NCBI GenBank assembly: GCA_024103275.1
Contig: JAGFIV010000104.1
Coordinates: 3,779 to 67,778, forward strand
DNA: 64,000 bases
Source: Flavobacteriales bacterium
Lineage (GTDB): Bacteria > Bacteroidota > Bacteroidia > Flavobacteriales_F > PHOS-HE28
Direction of reading: 5' to 3'
Shown: piece by piece, positions 1 to 9,051 of the stretch
Layout: each line of letters begins with the position of its first letter
Numbering within the stretch: the stretch's first letter is position 1
Program-made: the position numbers and the translations under genes
Notes under the pieces: generated by a model
What the model was told of the DNA's origin: nothing
Seen by the model: the letters and a program-made list of their open reading frames with translations, nothing else
Databases searched by the model: none

Positions 1-1523
1 TCCACCACCTGCTGGTTGCGGAAGGCATGGCGGAGTTCCGTTTGGGCGATCCTGTCGGTGACCTGCAGCCCTTCCAGCGAATCCTTGAGGCTGTACCACC
101 TTTCCTTGTATGCCAAGGCCTCCGCGTACCGCCCAAGCTTCACACTGGTATGGGCAAGGCGGTTCAAGGCCAGCATCCGCAGCGTGTTGTAGTTGCTCTG
201 TTCCGCCATGGCCAATGCAAGCCGCAGCCAGTGTTCCGCATGGTGCCATCGCCGCATCGATATTTCGTTCGACGCGATATCAATCATGGTGGAGACCTCG
301 AAATATTGATTACCGGCGGCCCGGAACTTGGACAAGGCCCCCATCAACGCTTGTGTGGAGGCATCAAAGAGGCCCTGCCGGTTCAAGATCTTCGATCGGG
401 TCTGCACCACGTACGCGGTCAATTCCGGCTCCCCGTGGGCCGCGGCAATGGAGTCCGCCTGGTCGATATACCGATGGGCCGCATCATAGCGTTCGGCATA
501 CGGGACCCCGGCCTCCACGGAACCGGCACTGTCCAAGGTTACATTGAACTTGGCCATGTTCAGCCGAACGATCACCGACTCACGGAAAATGCCCAGGCTA
601 TCGGCCAACTGGATCGCGGGGAGCCATTGGTCCAGCACCTTACGCGGACCCAGAACGTCCCAATAGCAATAGCCGAGCAACTTTTGGGCGGAAACGACAC
701 CATACGGGTCACCGGCTTCCATCAATTTCTCCTTGGCGGCAAGACAGGACTCAGCCGCCTCATCATTATTCCCCAGATCGATCTGTGCGTGGGCCATGCC
801 CAAGCGGCAACGGCCTTCCAAATAGGCATCATCCAACTTGCCCGCTTCCACCCATGCACTCCGGAAATACTCCAAGGCACCCGCGGGGTCTGCGGCAGCG
901 GAATGGGCTTCCCCCAGGGATCGGAGGAGTTCTACGGTAAGCCGCAGATCCCCGGATTCCCGGGCGCGGGGTCTCCACGCTGCAGCGATCGAATCCGCAT
1001 GGGCCAGGTGGCCAAGCCGCCCGGCCTGCCGGATGGCAATGGTCCGGGCCAGCAATTGAAGGGAAGTGTCCGAAGCATGGCCCGGCATGCCGACCAATTG
1101 TGCAAGAAGACTGTCCACCAATGGCCAGTTGCGGCCGGATTCATGGAGCTTGGCTACATAGTAGGTGGACCAGGCAGCTAGCACGTCCCGGTCCCGTATA
1201 GGTGCCTCGGACACGATCTCCGCGATCCTGCCGGCAGCATCCGGAGACTGGCGGGCCACCACGGCCTCCATCAGGAGAATCCGGCCGTCCAGTGCCCTGG
1301 AATGATCCCCACGGGCATCGCTGGCCTCGATGTCCCCTGCAAGGAATATTTGGGTGCTGTCCGGGTTCCTGTACAGCCGACGCTGCCATTCAGTGCGCAA
1401 TGAAGGGCCACCGGAATGGCTTGCCGGTACCTTGCCATCGCCAGGCGGATCGGTGCAGGAATGAAAAACAGCCGCGCAAGCCAATGGCCAAATGAACTGG
1501 GCAAACCCGTACCTGAGCGGCAT
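1..1523 (-). CDS. TPR-repeat protein, N-terminal ~500 aa (gene continues beyond window start); probably the periplasmic/sensor TPR module of a larger regulator
   Basis: Absent from ORF track because no stop lies inside the window. Manual reverse-strand translation gives MPLRYGFAQFIWPLACAAVFHSC... (signal/lipoprotein-like) followed by TPR-like helical repeats (...LGMAHAQIDLGNNDEAAESCLAAKEKLMEAGD...LAMAEQSNYNTLRMLALNRLAHTSVKLGRYAEALAYKERWY...). ATG at 1523-1521; in-frame stop upstream at 1548-1550. The + strand ORF 27-1181 is its G/P/Q/H-rich antisense shadow. Confidence 0.6.
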   Translation of the reverse strand, partial: MPLRYGFAQFIWPLACAAVFHSCTDPPGDGKVPASHSGGPSLRTEWQRRLYRNPDSTQIFLAGDIEASDARGDHSRALDGRILLMEAVVARQSPDAAGRIAEIVSEAPIRDRDVLAAWSTYYVAKLHESGRNWPLVDSLLAQLVGMPGHASDTSLQLLARTIAIRQAGRLGHLAHADSIAAAWRPRARESGDLRLTVELLRSLGEAHSAAADPAGALEYFRSAWVEAGKLDDAYLEGRCRLGMAHAQIDLGNNDEAAESCLAAKEKLMEAGDPYGVVSAQKLLGYCYWDVLGPRKVLDQWLPAIQLADSLGIFRESVIVRLNMAKFNVTLDSAGSVEAGVPYAERYDAAHRYIDQADSIAAAHGEPELTAYVVQTRSKILNRQGLFDASTQALMGALSKFRAAGNQYFEVSTMIDIASNEISMRRWHHAEHWLRLALAMAEQSNYNTLRMLALNRLAHTSVKLGRYAEALAYKERWYSLKDSLEGLQVTDRIAQTELRHAFRNQQVV

Positions 1524-1617
1524 TTCGATGGAGTGAAAGTAGCAATATCACCCGACCCGATGGGGGAAAAGGCAACTAAACACACCCGTGCCTGTTGCCA
1601 TTCACCTGCCATGCGTT

Positions 1618-1790
1618 TCAACCCGGAATATGCCGTAGGATTTCTACTACGGCCGAAATCGCTGCGGCAGCAAGCGTTTCACTGGCGTTCCTTTCGTCAG
1701 AATGGCATAAGCCATTCCTCCTCGACGAAAGCCTTGCTGCCATTGCGCTTTCGACCCTTGCAACGAACCCTACCGCATAATCCGGGTTCA
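1618..1790. repeat. Extended imperfect palindrome: outer 26-bp arms (1618-1643 / 1765-1790, 21/26 complementary), inner ~27-bp arms (1654-1680 / 1713-1739), perfect central hairpin GAATGG-n6-CCATTC (~1692-1709)
   Basis: Read directly: tcaacccggaatatgccgtaggattt vs reverse complement of gaaccctaccgcataatccgggttca. Produces the mirrored peptide NPEYAVGF/NPDYAVGF in opposite-strand track ORFs 1416-1979(+) and 1618-2139(-). Confidence 0.55.
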
Positions 1791-2287
1791 ACACTTCGGC
1801 GGTTCGTTGATCAGGGGGATCCGGGGCCGGGGAAACCCCTCCGCCTGCACCTTGTTTCCACGGGGACATACCTGTCGCGGCAACCGGAATTTCTCGTCCC
1901 TTCCGCCAATGCCCCGGTGCTTGCCCGCAGCCACCGCATGGGGAACCCCGGGCGCAGGAAAACTTCCCATGGGGGATGATCGTGGCACAGTTGGTCATGG
2001 GTTCACAGGAAAATTTCGTTGCCAAAAGACCCAGGCCGGGATATGTGATGATGTTGGCATTCTGACTTCCGGCAGCCGGAAACGGGAGCCTGGATCGCGC
2101 CCGGGATATCAGGCACGCGATTTCGGAACAAGACCCCATTCACCATGGGCACGGCGATGCAAAGCTCCTTGCCTTCAAGAGGATAGCCAAGAACCCCGGC
2201 AACGAAGGCACGGCCACACGGAGTTGGCCCGGACCGGTCCCGTGCATCGGCAGATCCCGCTTTGGGCCCGCAATCTCCCCACCCGCC

Positions 2288-2295
2288 TATATTTG
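2288..2295 (+). promoter_or_regulatory. Bacteroidetes-type -7 promoter element TATATTTG (TAnnTTTG consensus) upstream of ppiD
   Basis: Exact TAnnTTTG match 24 nt upstream of ATG 2319. Confidence 0.4.
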
Positions 2296-2318
2296 CCACC
2301 CTTTTAAGAATCAAGTAG

Positions 2319-4412
2319 ATGGCAGTTATCGGCAAGATCCGCGAGCGGGGCACCCTGCTGGGGATCATTGTGGGCGGCGCACTGGCGCTGTTCGTGGTGG
2401 GCGATTTCATCGGCAACCGCTCCGGTGCCCGCGACTACAATGTGGGGAGCATCGCGGGGAATGAGATCAGCATGCAACAGTTCTCCAGCATGGTGGACCA
2501 GCAGCTGGACCTGTACCGGCAAAACGGCACCACGGTGGACAACCAATTGCAGGAACAGGTGCGCAACGGGGTATGGAACGACCTGCTGCGCCAGTACACC
2601 TTGGGCGAGCAGGCCGAAAAGGCCGGCTTCGGCAACACGATCAGCCGTGAGGAATACGACGATATCCGGTTCGGGAACAACATCCTGCCCGACTTCCGGA
2701 ACAATGATGCTTTCAAGGACCCGGCCACCGGGCAGGTGAGCAAGGAGCGGCTGCAGCAGTATTTCAAGTACGTGCAGGAAAACAACCTCGCGCTCCTGGA
2801 CATGCAGCGCAAGACGTTCGTTCCCCAGCGCATCCAGGCCAAATACAACGACTTGCTGAAGAAAAGCTGCTTCGTGAACAGTGCGCAATTGCGGGATGAT
2901 TGGGCCGCGAAGAACACGAAGGCCGAGTTCCAATTCGTTGCCCAGCGCATGGATGCCCAGGCGGACAGCCTCTTCCCGGTAGGCGAGACCGAGCTGCGCC
3001 GGTACTACGATGCGCACAAGAACGACCGCAAGTACCGCCAGCAGGCCTCGCGCAGCTTTGCCTACGTGCGGTTCACGGCCGTGCCGTCCCAGGAGGACAT
3101 CGACAACGCCCGCGAGGACATGCTTGGATTGAAGGCGGACTTCGAGGCGGCCACCACGCGCGCCGCCGATAGCGCCCTGGTGGCCTCGGCCTCCGATAGC
3201 CGTTCGGCGGTGCCCACCGCCTATCAGGAAGGCACGGCCGACCACCTCAACGACTCGTTGATCACCCACGCCGAAGTGGGCACCGTGGTGGGGCCCTTCC
3301 GTGAAGGCAATTCCTGGAAGATCGTCAAGGTGGTGGAACTGGCCGACGTGGAGGAGGCCCGGGTGCGCCACATCCTGCTCACCAGTTCCGGCTCCGGTGC
3401 CGAGGATGCCAAGGTGAAGGCCCGCGCGGACAGCATCCTCAACGTGGTGAAGCGGGACCGCAGCAAATTCGAGTCGCTGGTGCAGAAATTCTCGGATGAC
3501 CCGGGCAGCAAGAACACCGGCGGGGTGTATGAGTGGTTCGACCGCCAGCGCATGGTGCCCGAGTTCACCAAGGCCAGCTTCGACGAAAAGGTGGGCGCCA
3601 TCACCGAGGTGAAGACGACCTATGGCTACCACATCGTGGAAGTGCTGGGCCAGCGCACCCGCAAGGAACGCCGCGTACTGACCATCGACCGGAAGATCGC
3701 GCCCGTACAGGCCATGAAGGTGATGTGGAAGATCGCCAACGAGTTCTCGCTCAACCACCCCGACAGCGCGTCGTTCCGCAAGGCGGCCGAGGATTCCGGC
3801 TATGTGTACACGCCGGTGGAGGACATGCGCCCGGAGCAACGCTATGTGCCCGGCCTGCAGGAAGCCGACGAGGTGGTGCGCTGGGTGAACCATGCCAAGG
3901 CGGATGCCAAGAGCAGCGAACCCTTGGTGAGCGGTGACAGTTACGTGGTATGCACCTTGCTGCGCATACGGGAAGAAGGCGTGCCCAAGCTGATGGACGT
4001 GCGTGAAAAGTTCACGGCGGAGTTGCGCAAGGAAATGAAGGCGGAGGCCTTGGTGAACAAGATGTCTGGCAAGACCGACCTCCAGGCATTGGCCACGGAA
4101 CTGAACGCCACGGTCCAGCAGTCGGGCGATTTCGCGTTCAGTGCCAACTCCCTGCCAGGAGGCTTCAGCGATGCCACGGCCATCGGCAAGATCTTCGGCA
4201 TGGCGGACGGCACCACCAGCGCACCCTTGAAGGGCGACATGGCGGTGTATGTGGTGAGCATGGCGAAGCTTACTGCGGCCGGGGAAATGCCGCAAGGCGC
4301 CGAGGACCCGAAGGTCCTCACCGACCGGTTCCGCAACCGGGCGCCGGGCCAGGCGTTCAATGCGTTGAAGGAAGCCGCCGGGGTGAAGGACAACCGCTCG
4401 CAGTACTACTGA
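2319..4412 (+). CDS. ppiD: Periplasmic chaperone / peptidyl-prolyl cis-trans isomerase PpiD-like (N-terminal TM anchor, SurA-N-like domain, parvulin PpiC domain)
   Basis: 697 aa. N-terminal TM helix LLGIIVGGALALFVV. Parvulin motif region VRHILLTS...FSDDPGSKNTGGVYEWF...GYHIVEVLGQR. Confidence 0.85.
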   Translation: MAVIGKIRERGTLLGIIVGGALALFVVGDFIGNRSGARDYNVGSIAGNEISMQQFSSMVDQQLDLYRQNGTTVDNQLQEQVRNGVWNDLLRQYTLGEQAEKAGFGNTISREEYDDIRFGNNILPDFRNNDAFKDPATGQVSKERLQQYFKYVQENNLALLDMQRKTFVPQRIQAKYNDLLKKSCFVNSAQLRDDWAAKNTKAEFQFVAQRMDAQADSLFPVGETELRRYYDAHKNDRKYRQQASRSFAYVRFTAVPSQEDIDNAREDMLGLKADFEAATTRAADSALVASASDSRSAVPTAYQEGTADHLNDSLITHAEVGTVVGPFREGNSWKIVKVVELADVEEARVRHILLTSSGSGAEDAKVKARADSILNVVKRDRSKFESLVQKFSDDPGSKNTGGVYEWFDRQRMVPEFTKASFDEKVGAITEVKTTYGYHIVEVLGQRTRKERRVLTIDRKIAPVQAMKVMWKIANEFSLNHPDSASFRKAAEDSGYVYTPVEDMRPEQRYVPGLQEADEVVRWVNHAKADAKSSEPLVSGDSYVVCTLLRIREEGVPKLMDVREKFTAELRKEMKAEALVNKMSGKTDLQALATELNATVQQSGDFAFSANSLPGGFSDATAIGKIFGMADGTTSAPLKGDMAVYVVSMAKLTAAGEMPQGAEDPKVLTDRFRNRAPGQAFNALKEAAGVKDNRSQYY

Positions 4413-4434
4413 TCGGAGCTGGCAACGGCCATTC

Positions 4435-4462
4435 GGAAAGGCTGCCCGCGGGCAGCCTTTCC
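4435..4462. terminator. Bidirectional intrinsic terminator hairpin between convergent ppiD and rodA
   Basis: Perfect 12-bp stem ggaaaggctgcc-cgcg-ggcagcctttcc, followed by gcTTTCaT on + strand. Confidence 0.55.
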
Positions 4463-4496
4463 GCTTTCATGCCCCCGACCCGCCGGCCCGGGCGGC

Positions 4497-5816
4497 TCAA
4501 CGGAGGTGTTCCAGCCGTTCGGCATCCAACCGGACCAGGATGGCCAGCAGCACGGTGAAGCCGATGAGCGAACTGCCGCCGTAACTGAAGAAAGGCAACG
4601 GGATGCCGATCACCGGGGCCAGGCCGATGGCCATGCCCACGTTGATCATCAGGTGCAGGAAGAAGATGCTGGCCACGCAGTAGGCATAGATGCGGGTGAA
4701 GCGTGATCGCTGCCGGTCGCTGATCTGGATGCAACGCAAGATCAGCCCGCCGAAGAGGAGCACCACCGCGGTGGATCCCAGGAAGCCCCACTCCTCGCCC
4801 ACGGTACAGAAGATGAAGTCCGTGCTTTGCATGGGCACGTATTTGTATTTGGTGAACGTGCCCTTGAGGAAGCCCTTGCCCGTGAAACCGCCGCTGCCGA
4901 TGGCGGTCTTGCTTTGCTCCACGTTGTAGCCGTAGCCGCGCGGATCGTGCTCCAAGCCCAGCAGCACGCGGATCCGGGTCTGTTGGTGCGCGGGCATGTG
5001 GTCGATCAGCTGGTCCACGCTGGCGATGAACGCCGATGAGCCCAGCAGGCCGATCAGCAGGTAGGCGTAGATCCGTTTGCGGCGGTGCTTGAAGACGAAC
5101 TTGTTCACGAAGAGGAAGCCCAGGAGGGTGAACACGGCCAGCATCCCGATCAGGAAGTATTGGCCGTGGAATTGGATGTCCGTGAACGGCAGGGTGTAGA
5201 TGCTTTCCTTCATGATCAGGGAGAGCACCACGAGGATGGCCGCCATGATGGCGATGAGCAGGATGTTGCCGGACAGTCCTTCCCGGTACAGCACCAGCAC
5301 GAACGCGCCGCTGACCAGGGCGGTGCCGGTATCGGGTTGCAGCATGATCAGGCCCACCGGCAGCAGGATGAGGATGGCGGAGACCACCCTGGCCCGCGTT
5401 TCCTTCAAGGTCTTCAGGCCGCTGAGGTACTTGGACAGGGCCAGCGCGGTGGCGAACTTGCTGAACTCGGCCGGTTGGATGCCGAAGCCGCCCACTCCGA
5501 ACCAGGCCTTGGCCCCGTTCACCTCGCGGCCGATCAGCAGCACCAGCACCAGCAGGAACAGCACCACCAAGTAGGTGGGGTAGGCCAGGTTGCGGATGAA
5601 TTCCCCCCGCACCAGCAGCATGCCGGCCCCGATCAACAGGGAGACCACGATCCATACGCTCTGGGCACCATACTCGCGGGCGCGGTCGAACAGGTTGGCG
5701 TGGTCGGGGTCGTATGCCGCACTGTAGATGTTCGCCCAGCCCATGGCCATCAGCAGCAGGTACATCACCACCAGGGGCCAGTCCAAATTGCGTATGATGC
5801 TGTCCCGTTGGCTCAT
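4497..5816 (-). CDS. rodA: Rod shape-determining protein RodA (SEDS family peptidoglycan glycosyltransferase)
   Basis: Track ORF 4497-6494 is a fusion; the real protein begins at the internal MSQRDSIIRNLDWPLVVMYLLL (residue 227 -> ATG 5816). Multi-TM FtsW/RodA sequence ending ...PLPFFSYGGSSLIGFTVLLAILVRLDAER. ATGA overlap with mrdA stop. Confidence 0.9.
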   Translation of the reverse strand: MSQRDSIIRNLDWPLVVMYLLLMAMGWANIYSAAYDPDHANLFDRAREYGAQSVWIVVSLLIGAGMLLVRGEFIRNLAYPTYLVVLFLLVLVLLIGREVNGAKAWFGVGGFGIQPAEFSKFATALALSKYLSGLKTLKETRARVVSAILILLPVGLIMLQPDTGTALVSGAFVLVLYREGLSGNILLIAIMAAILVVLSLIMKESIYTLPFTDIQFHGQYFLIGMLAVFTLLGFLFVNKFVFKHRRKRIYAYLLIGLLGSSAFIASVDQLIDHMPAHQQTRIRVLLGLEHDPRGYGYNVEQSKTAIGSGGFTGKGFLKGTFTKYKYVPMQSTDFIFCTVGEEWGFLGSTAVVLLFGGLILRCIQISDRQRSRFTRIYAYCVASIFFLHLMINVGMAIGLAPVIGIPLPFFSYGGSSLIGFTVLLAILVRLDAERLEHLR

Positions 5817-7657
5817 GGGCGGCGCCTTTTGGCGGGCTTCACATAGTTCTTCTCCTCGGCGATCAGGTTGGCGTCCAGCATGCGCTGCATCAGCTCGGGC
5901 CGGGTGATGGTATCGGTGAGGTACTGCTCCATGCACAAGCTGGCGATGGGTGCCGCCCACGTGCCCCCGAAGCCGGAATTCTCCACGTACACGGCGATCG
6001 CGACCTTGGGGTCCTCCATGGGGGCAAAGGCCACGAATACCGCATGGTCCTTGCCATGCGGGTTTTCGGCCGTGCCGGTCTTGCCGCACACGGTGATGCC
6101 CGGTATCCGTGCCGCCCGCGCCGTGCCGCCCGGCTCGTTCACCACCCGGCGCATGCCTTCCACCAAGGGCGGGAACCACTGGTCGTCCACCAGGGTGTGG
6201 TGCCGCTGCACCTGCGTGTTCAGGCTGTCCGGGTGCCCGATGGCGCGCACCAGGTGCGGGTCGTAGTAGTAGCCCCGGTTGGCGAAGATGGCCGCCAGGT
6301 TGGCCATTTGCACCGGCGACACCAGCACCTCCCCTTGGCCGATGCTCAGCGAATAAATGGTGCTGAAGGACCAGGCCTTCTCCCCGTAGATCCGGTTGTA
6401 GAACGCCACCCCGGGGATGCTCCCCCCCTTCACCGACGGCAGGTCCAGCCGGGGTTGGTGCCCCAGTCCGAAGCTTTCCATGGCCACCTTCCACTTGGCC
6501 AGCCCAAGCGCCGCGTCCTCAAAGCGGTTCTTCGACGCCCCCTGCTCGATCTCGCGCTTGAACACCTGGTAGAAATAGGGGTTGCACGAGAACTGCACGG
6601 CCTGCTCCACATTGGCCGCCGTGGGGTGGTTGTGGCATCCCACCAGGGCCTTGTTGCAGGCGAAGCTGGTGTTAAGCGTGATCACGCCCTCCTGCAGCGC
6701 GATGGCGGCCTGGGCCAATTTGAAGATGGAACCCGGCGGATACTGGGCCTGCAGGGCCCGGTCGAACAAGGGGGTGAGCGGATCTTGCTGAAGGACGCGG
6801 TAGTTGGTATTGCGCACACGGCCCACCAGCAGCTCCGGGTCGTACGTGGGGGAGCTCACCAAGGCCAGCACCTCCCCGGTGCGCGGGTCCAAGGCCACGA
6901 TGCTGCCCTTTTTGTTGCGCATCAGCCGCTCGCCCAGTTCCTGCATCTTCAGGTCGATGCTGGTATACAGGTTCTTGCCCGCATGGGCCAAGGTGTCGTA
7001 GCGGCCTTCCTGGAAAGGGCCCTGGACGTTGTTGTGCACGTCCACCACCACGTACTTCACGCCCCGCTTGCCGCGCAGCGCCGTTTCATAATAGCTCTCC
7101 AAGCCGCCCACACCGATCACGTCGCCCGGCTTGTAGTACGGGTCCTGTTCCACCTTGCGGGCCCCCACCTCGCTGATGTAGCCCAGCATGTGGGCACCCA
7201 CATGGGGCGGATAGGTGCGCAGGGTCCGGCTCTGGGCATAGAACCCTGGGTATTTGTACAGGTGGACCGAAATGGCGGCATACTGTTCGGCGGTGACCTG
7301 CTTCTCGAACTCGCTGGGCTTCCACACGGAATAATCGCGGGCCTTGCGCAGGCGCTCCCTCACTTGGTCCATGGGTACATGGAGCAGTTCGGATAGTCCC
7401 AGGGTATCCAGGTTCTTCACCTCGCGGGGCACCACCATGATGTCGTATACCGGGGTGTTGGCCACCAGCAATTCGCCGTGCCGGTCCAGGATCAGGCCCC
7501 TGGACGGGTACACGGTGATCTTGCGCTCGCTGATGTCCGCCGCGCGTGCCGCCCAGCCCTGGTCCACCACCTGGATCCAGAAAAGGCGCATGATGAACAC
7601 GGCGCAGATGAACACCACCGCCGCGATCAGGACGTACTTGCGATCGTTGAAATTCAT
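5813..7657 (-). CDS. mrdA: Penicillin-binding protein 2 (peptidoglycan D,D-transpeptidase MrdA)
   Basis: 614 aa. N-terminal TM helix, PBP dimerisation and transpeptidase domains (…SIFKLAQAAIALQEG…). Lies in the mreBCD-mrdA-rodA operon. Confidence 0.9.
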   Translation of the reverse strand: MNFNDRKYVLIAAVVFICAVFIMRLFWIQVVDQGWAARAADISERKITVYPSRGLILDRHGELLVANTPVYDIMVVPREVKNLDTLGLSELLHVPMDQVRERLRKARDYSVWKPSEFEKQVTAEQYAAISVHLYKYPGFYAQSRTLRTYPPHVGAHMLGYISEVGARKVEQDPYYKPGDVIGVGGLESYYETALRGKRGVKYVVVDVHNNVQGPFQEGRYDTLAHAGKNLYTSIDLKMQELGERLMRNKKGSIVALDPRTGEVLALVSSPTYDPELLVGRVRNTNYRVLQQDPLTPLFDRALQAQYPPGSIFKLAQAAIALQEGVITLNTSFACNKALVGCHNHPTAANVEQAVQFSCNPYFYQVFKREIEQGASKNRFEDAALGLAKWKVAMESFGLGHQPRLDLPSVKGGSIPGVAFYNRIYGEKAWSFSTIYSLSIGQGEVLVSPVQMANLAAIFANRGYYYDPHLVRAIGHPDSLNTQVQRHHTLVDDQWFPPLVEGMRRVVNEPGGTARAARIPGITVCGKTGTAENPHGKDHAVFVAFAPMEDPKVAIAVYVENSGFGGTWAAPIASLCMEQYLTDTITRPELMQRMLDANLIAEEKNYVKPAKRRRP

Positions 7658-8175
7658 CGTGGCCGCACCCCGCCCGAGGTAAGCGCTTGGGCCAGCAGGC
7701 AGAGCAACAAGGTAGCAACGGCGCTCATCAGGGCACGGAGCAACGTGGAAAGGAAATCGTCAAACCGGTACACCTCAACGAAGAAAAGCCACAGATGGTG
7801 CACGAGGATGAGCACGCCCGCGAAAGTCATGAACCAGGTGAGCCCCATGTCGCGCACGTTGGGCCGCTTGATGATGTCGTAGCCATCGCGCGGGGCCAGG
7901 ATGCGCAGCATGAACAGGCGCGCATAGGCCATCAACGTGCAGGCACCCGCATGCATGCCGGGCGTGCTGCTGAAGAAATCCATGGTAAGGCCCAGCACGA
8001 AGCCGATCACCAAGGTAGCCCACGGCGGCGTGTCGAAGGGCAAGGCGATGATGAACAGGACGTAGAGGTAGGGCACCACCCAGCCATGGGCCAGGTCCAG
8101 GTGATCCAGTACCAGGGCCTGTAGCAGCACCAGCAGGAGGAAACCGAGGATATGGTTGCGTACCAGGGTGATCAT
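7654..8175 (-). CDS. mreD: Rod shape-determining protein MreD
   Basis: 173 aa polytopic membrane protein between mreC and mrdA. 4-bp overlaps on both sides. Confidence 0.75.
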   Translation of the reverse strand: MITLVRNHILGFLLLVLLQALVLDHLDLAHGWVVPYLYVLFIIALPFDTPPWATLVIGFVLGLTMDFFSSTPGMHAGACTLMAYARLFMLRILAPRDGYDIIKRPNVRDMGLTWFMTFAGVLILVHHLWLFFVEVYRFDDFLSTLLRALMSAVATLLLCLLAQALTSGGVRPR

Positions 8176-8999
8176 GGGCGGCCGACCTTTGCCTCCAGGG
8201 TGTCGCGCTCGGCCTTGAACAGGTCGACCACCACGTGTACGTAGGCGGTGCGGGTGAGGTCCTCGCTGAGCTTCAACCGGATGTCGTGGAAATTGCTGCC
8301 GGGGTCCTCGTTCACCTCGGTGACGGTGCCCACGGTGATCCCCGGGGGGAAGATGCCATCGTTGCCGCGGGTGACCACCGTATCGCCGGGCGCCACCGGC
8401 ACGTGGTTGGCCACATCGGTCATGGACGCGGTGCGCGGGTCGTCGGTATCCCAGCTCAACAGGCCGAAATGGCCGGTGCGCTTCAATTGTACGCTGATCC
8501 GGTACTCATCGCTGAGCACGCTGGTGACCAGTGCAAAGCGGGGACTGACGTCGCGCACGATGCCGACCACGCCGCCCATGCCGATCACCCCCATGTCCGG
8601 CCGGATGCCGGCCAGCGCCCCGCTTCCCAAGGTGATGTAGTTGCGCTCCTTGTGTGTGGTGCTGTTGATCACTTGTGCGGTGACGAAGGTGTACCGCGCC
8701 ACCCCGGCGGTGTCGCGGGCCGTTTGCACGCTGTCGGTCCCGTCCAGTGAACGGAAGCGCCGGTCGCGCTCCCGCGCCAGCGCCACGGCCAGGTCGCGGT
8801 TCACTTTCCGCAGGTCCGCATACTCGGTCACCTCCTGGCGCCAGGCATAGATCTGCCCGACCAGCGCGTTGCTGCTGCTGATGGCCTGGGCGCGCTGGTG
8901 CATGTTGCCGTTCACGAGCAGGAACAGGGACAGTGCCATCAGGCCCAGGAAGAGCAGGTTGTTGCGCTGGCGGAACAGGAAGCGGAAGAGGTCGCGCAT
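8172..8999 (-). CDS. mreC: Rod shape-determining protein MreC
   Basis: 275 aa. N-terminal TM helix, coiled-coil, C-terminal beta domains (…GITVGTVTEV…). Position between mreB and mreD. Confidence 0.85.
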   Translation of the reverse strand: MRDLFRFLFRQRNNLLFLGLMALSLFLLVNGNMHQRAQAISSSNALVGQIYAWRQEVTEYADLRKVNRDLAVALARERDRRFRSLDGTDSVQTARDTAGVARYTFVTAQVINSTTHKERNYITLGSGALAGIRPDMGVIGMGGVVGIVRDVSPRFALVTSVLSDEYRISVQLKRTGHFGLLSWDTDDPRTASMTDVANHVPVAPGDTVVTRGNDGIFPPGITVGTVTEVNEDPGSNFHDIRLKLSEDLTRTAYVHVVVDLFKAERDTLEAKVGRP

Positions 9000-9051
9000 G
9001 CTGGGATCTTGTGGCGGGCCCCGGCCCGGCGGCCGTGCCCTGCATGGGCCT

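Noticed and set aside
27-1181. 384-aa + strand ORF at window start
   Set aside because: G/P/Q/H/R-rich nonsense composition. Its reverse complement translates into a clean TPR-repeat protein with a signal peptide, so this is an antisense shadow ORF.
1524-2318. RNase P RNA / tmRNA / 6S RNA in the long intergenic gap
   Set aside because: I looked for hallmark segments (tmRNA 5' GGGGCUGA and tag ORF, RNase P P4 region consensus) and did not see them. No identity is claimed, only an uncharacterised palindromic structure.
2304-4295. 663-aa minus-strand ORF
   Set aside because: Antisense of ppiD. His/Gly/Ala/Arg/Leu-rich low-complexity translation typical of a GC-rich shadow frame.
4497-6494. N-terminal extensions of fused track ORFs (for example 4497-6494, 11793-13049, 14906-16690, 48051-49277, 49298-50932, 50865-52949, 53914-55314, 59800-60807, 59887-61050)
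   Set aside because: The tracker takes the first ATG/GTG/TTG after a stop. In GC-rich DNA that is far upstream, inside neighbouring or antisense genes. Real starts were placed at internal Met residues where family-typical N-termini or signal peptides begin and where 4-bp ATGA overlaps with the upstream gene appear.
6044-7396. 450-aa + ORF inside mrdA, plus other internal ORFs (5085-5846+, 7086-7718-, 7687-8124+)
   Set aside because: Opposite strand or alternative frame of well-supported mrdA/rodA/mreD genes. Compositions are not protein-like.
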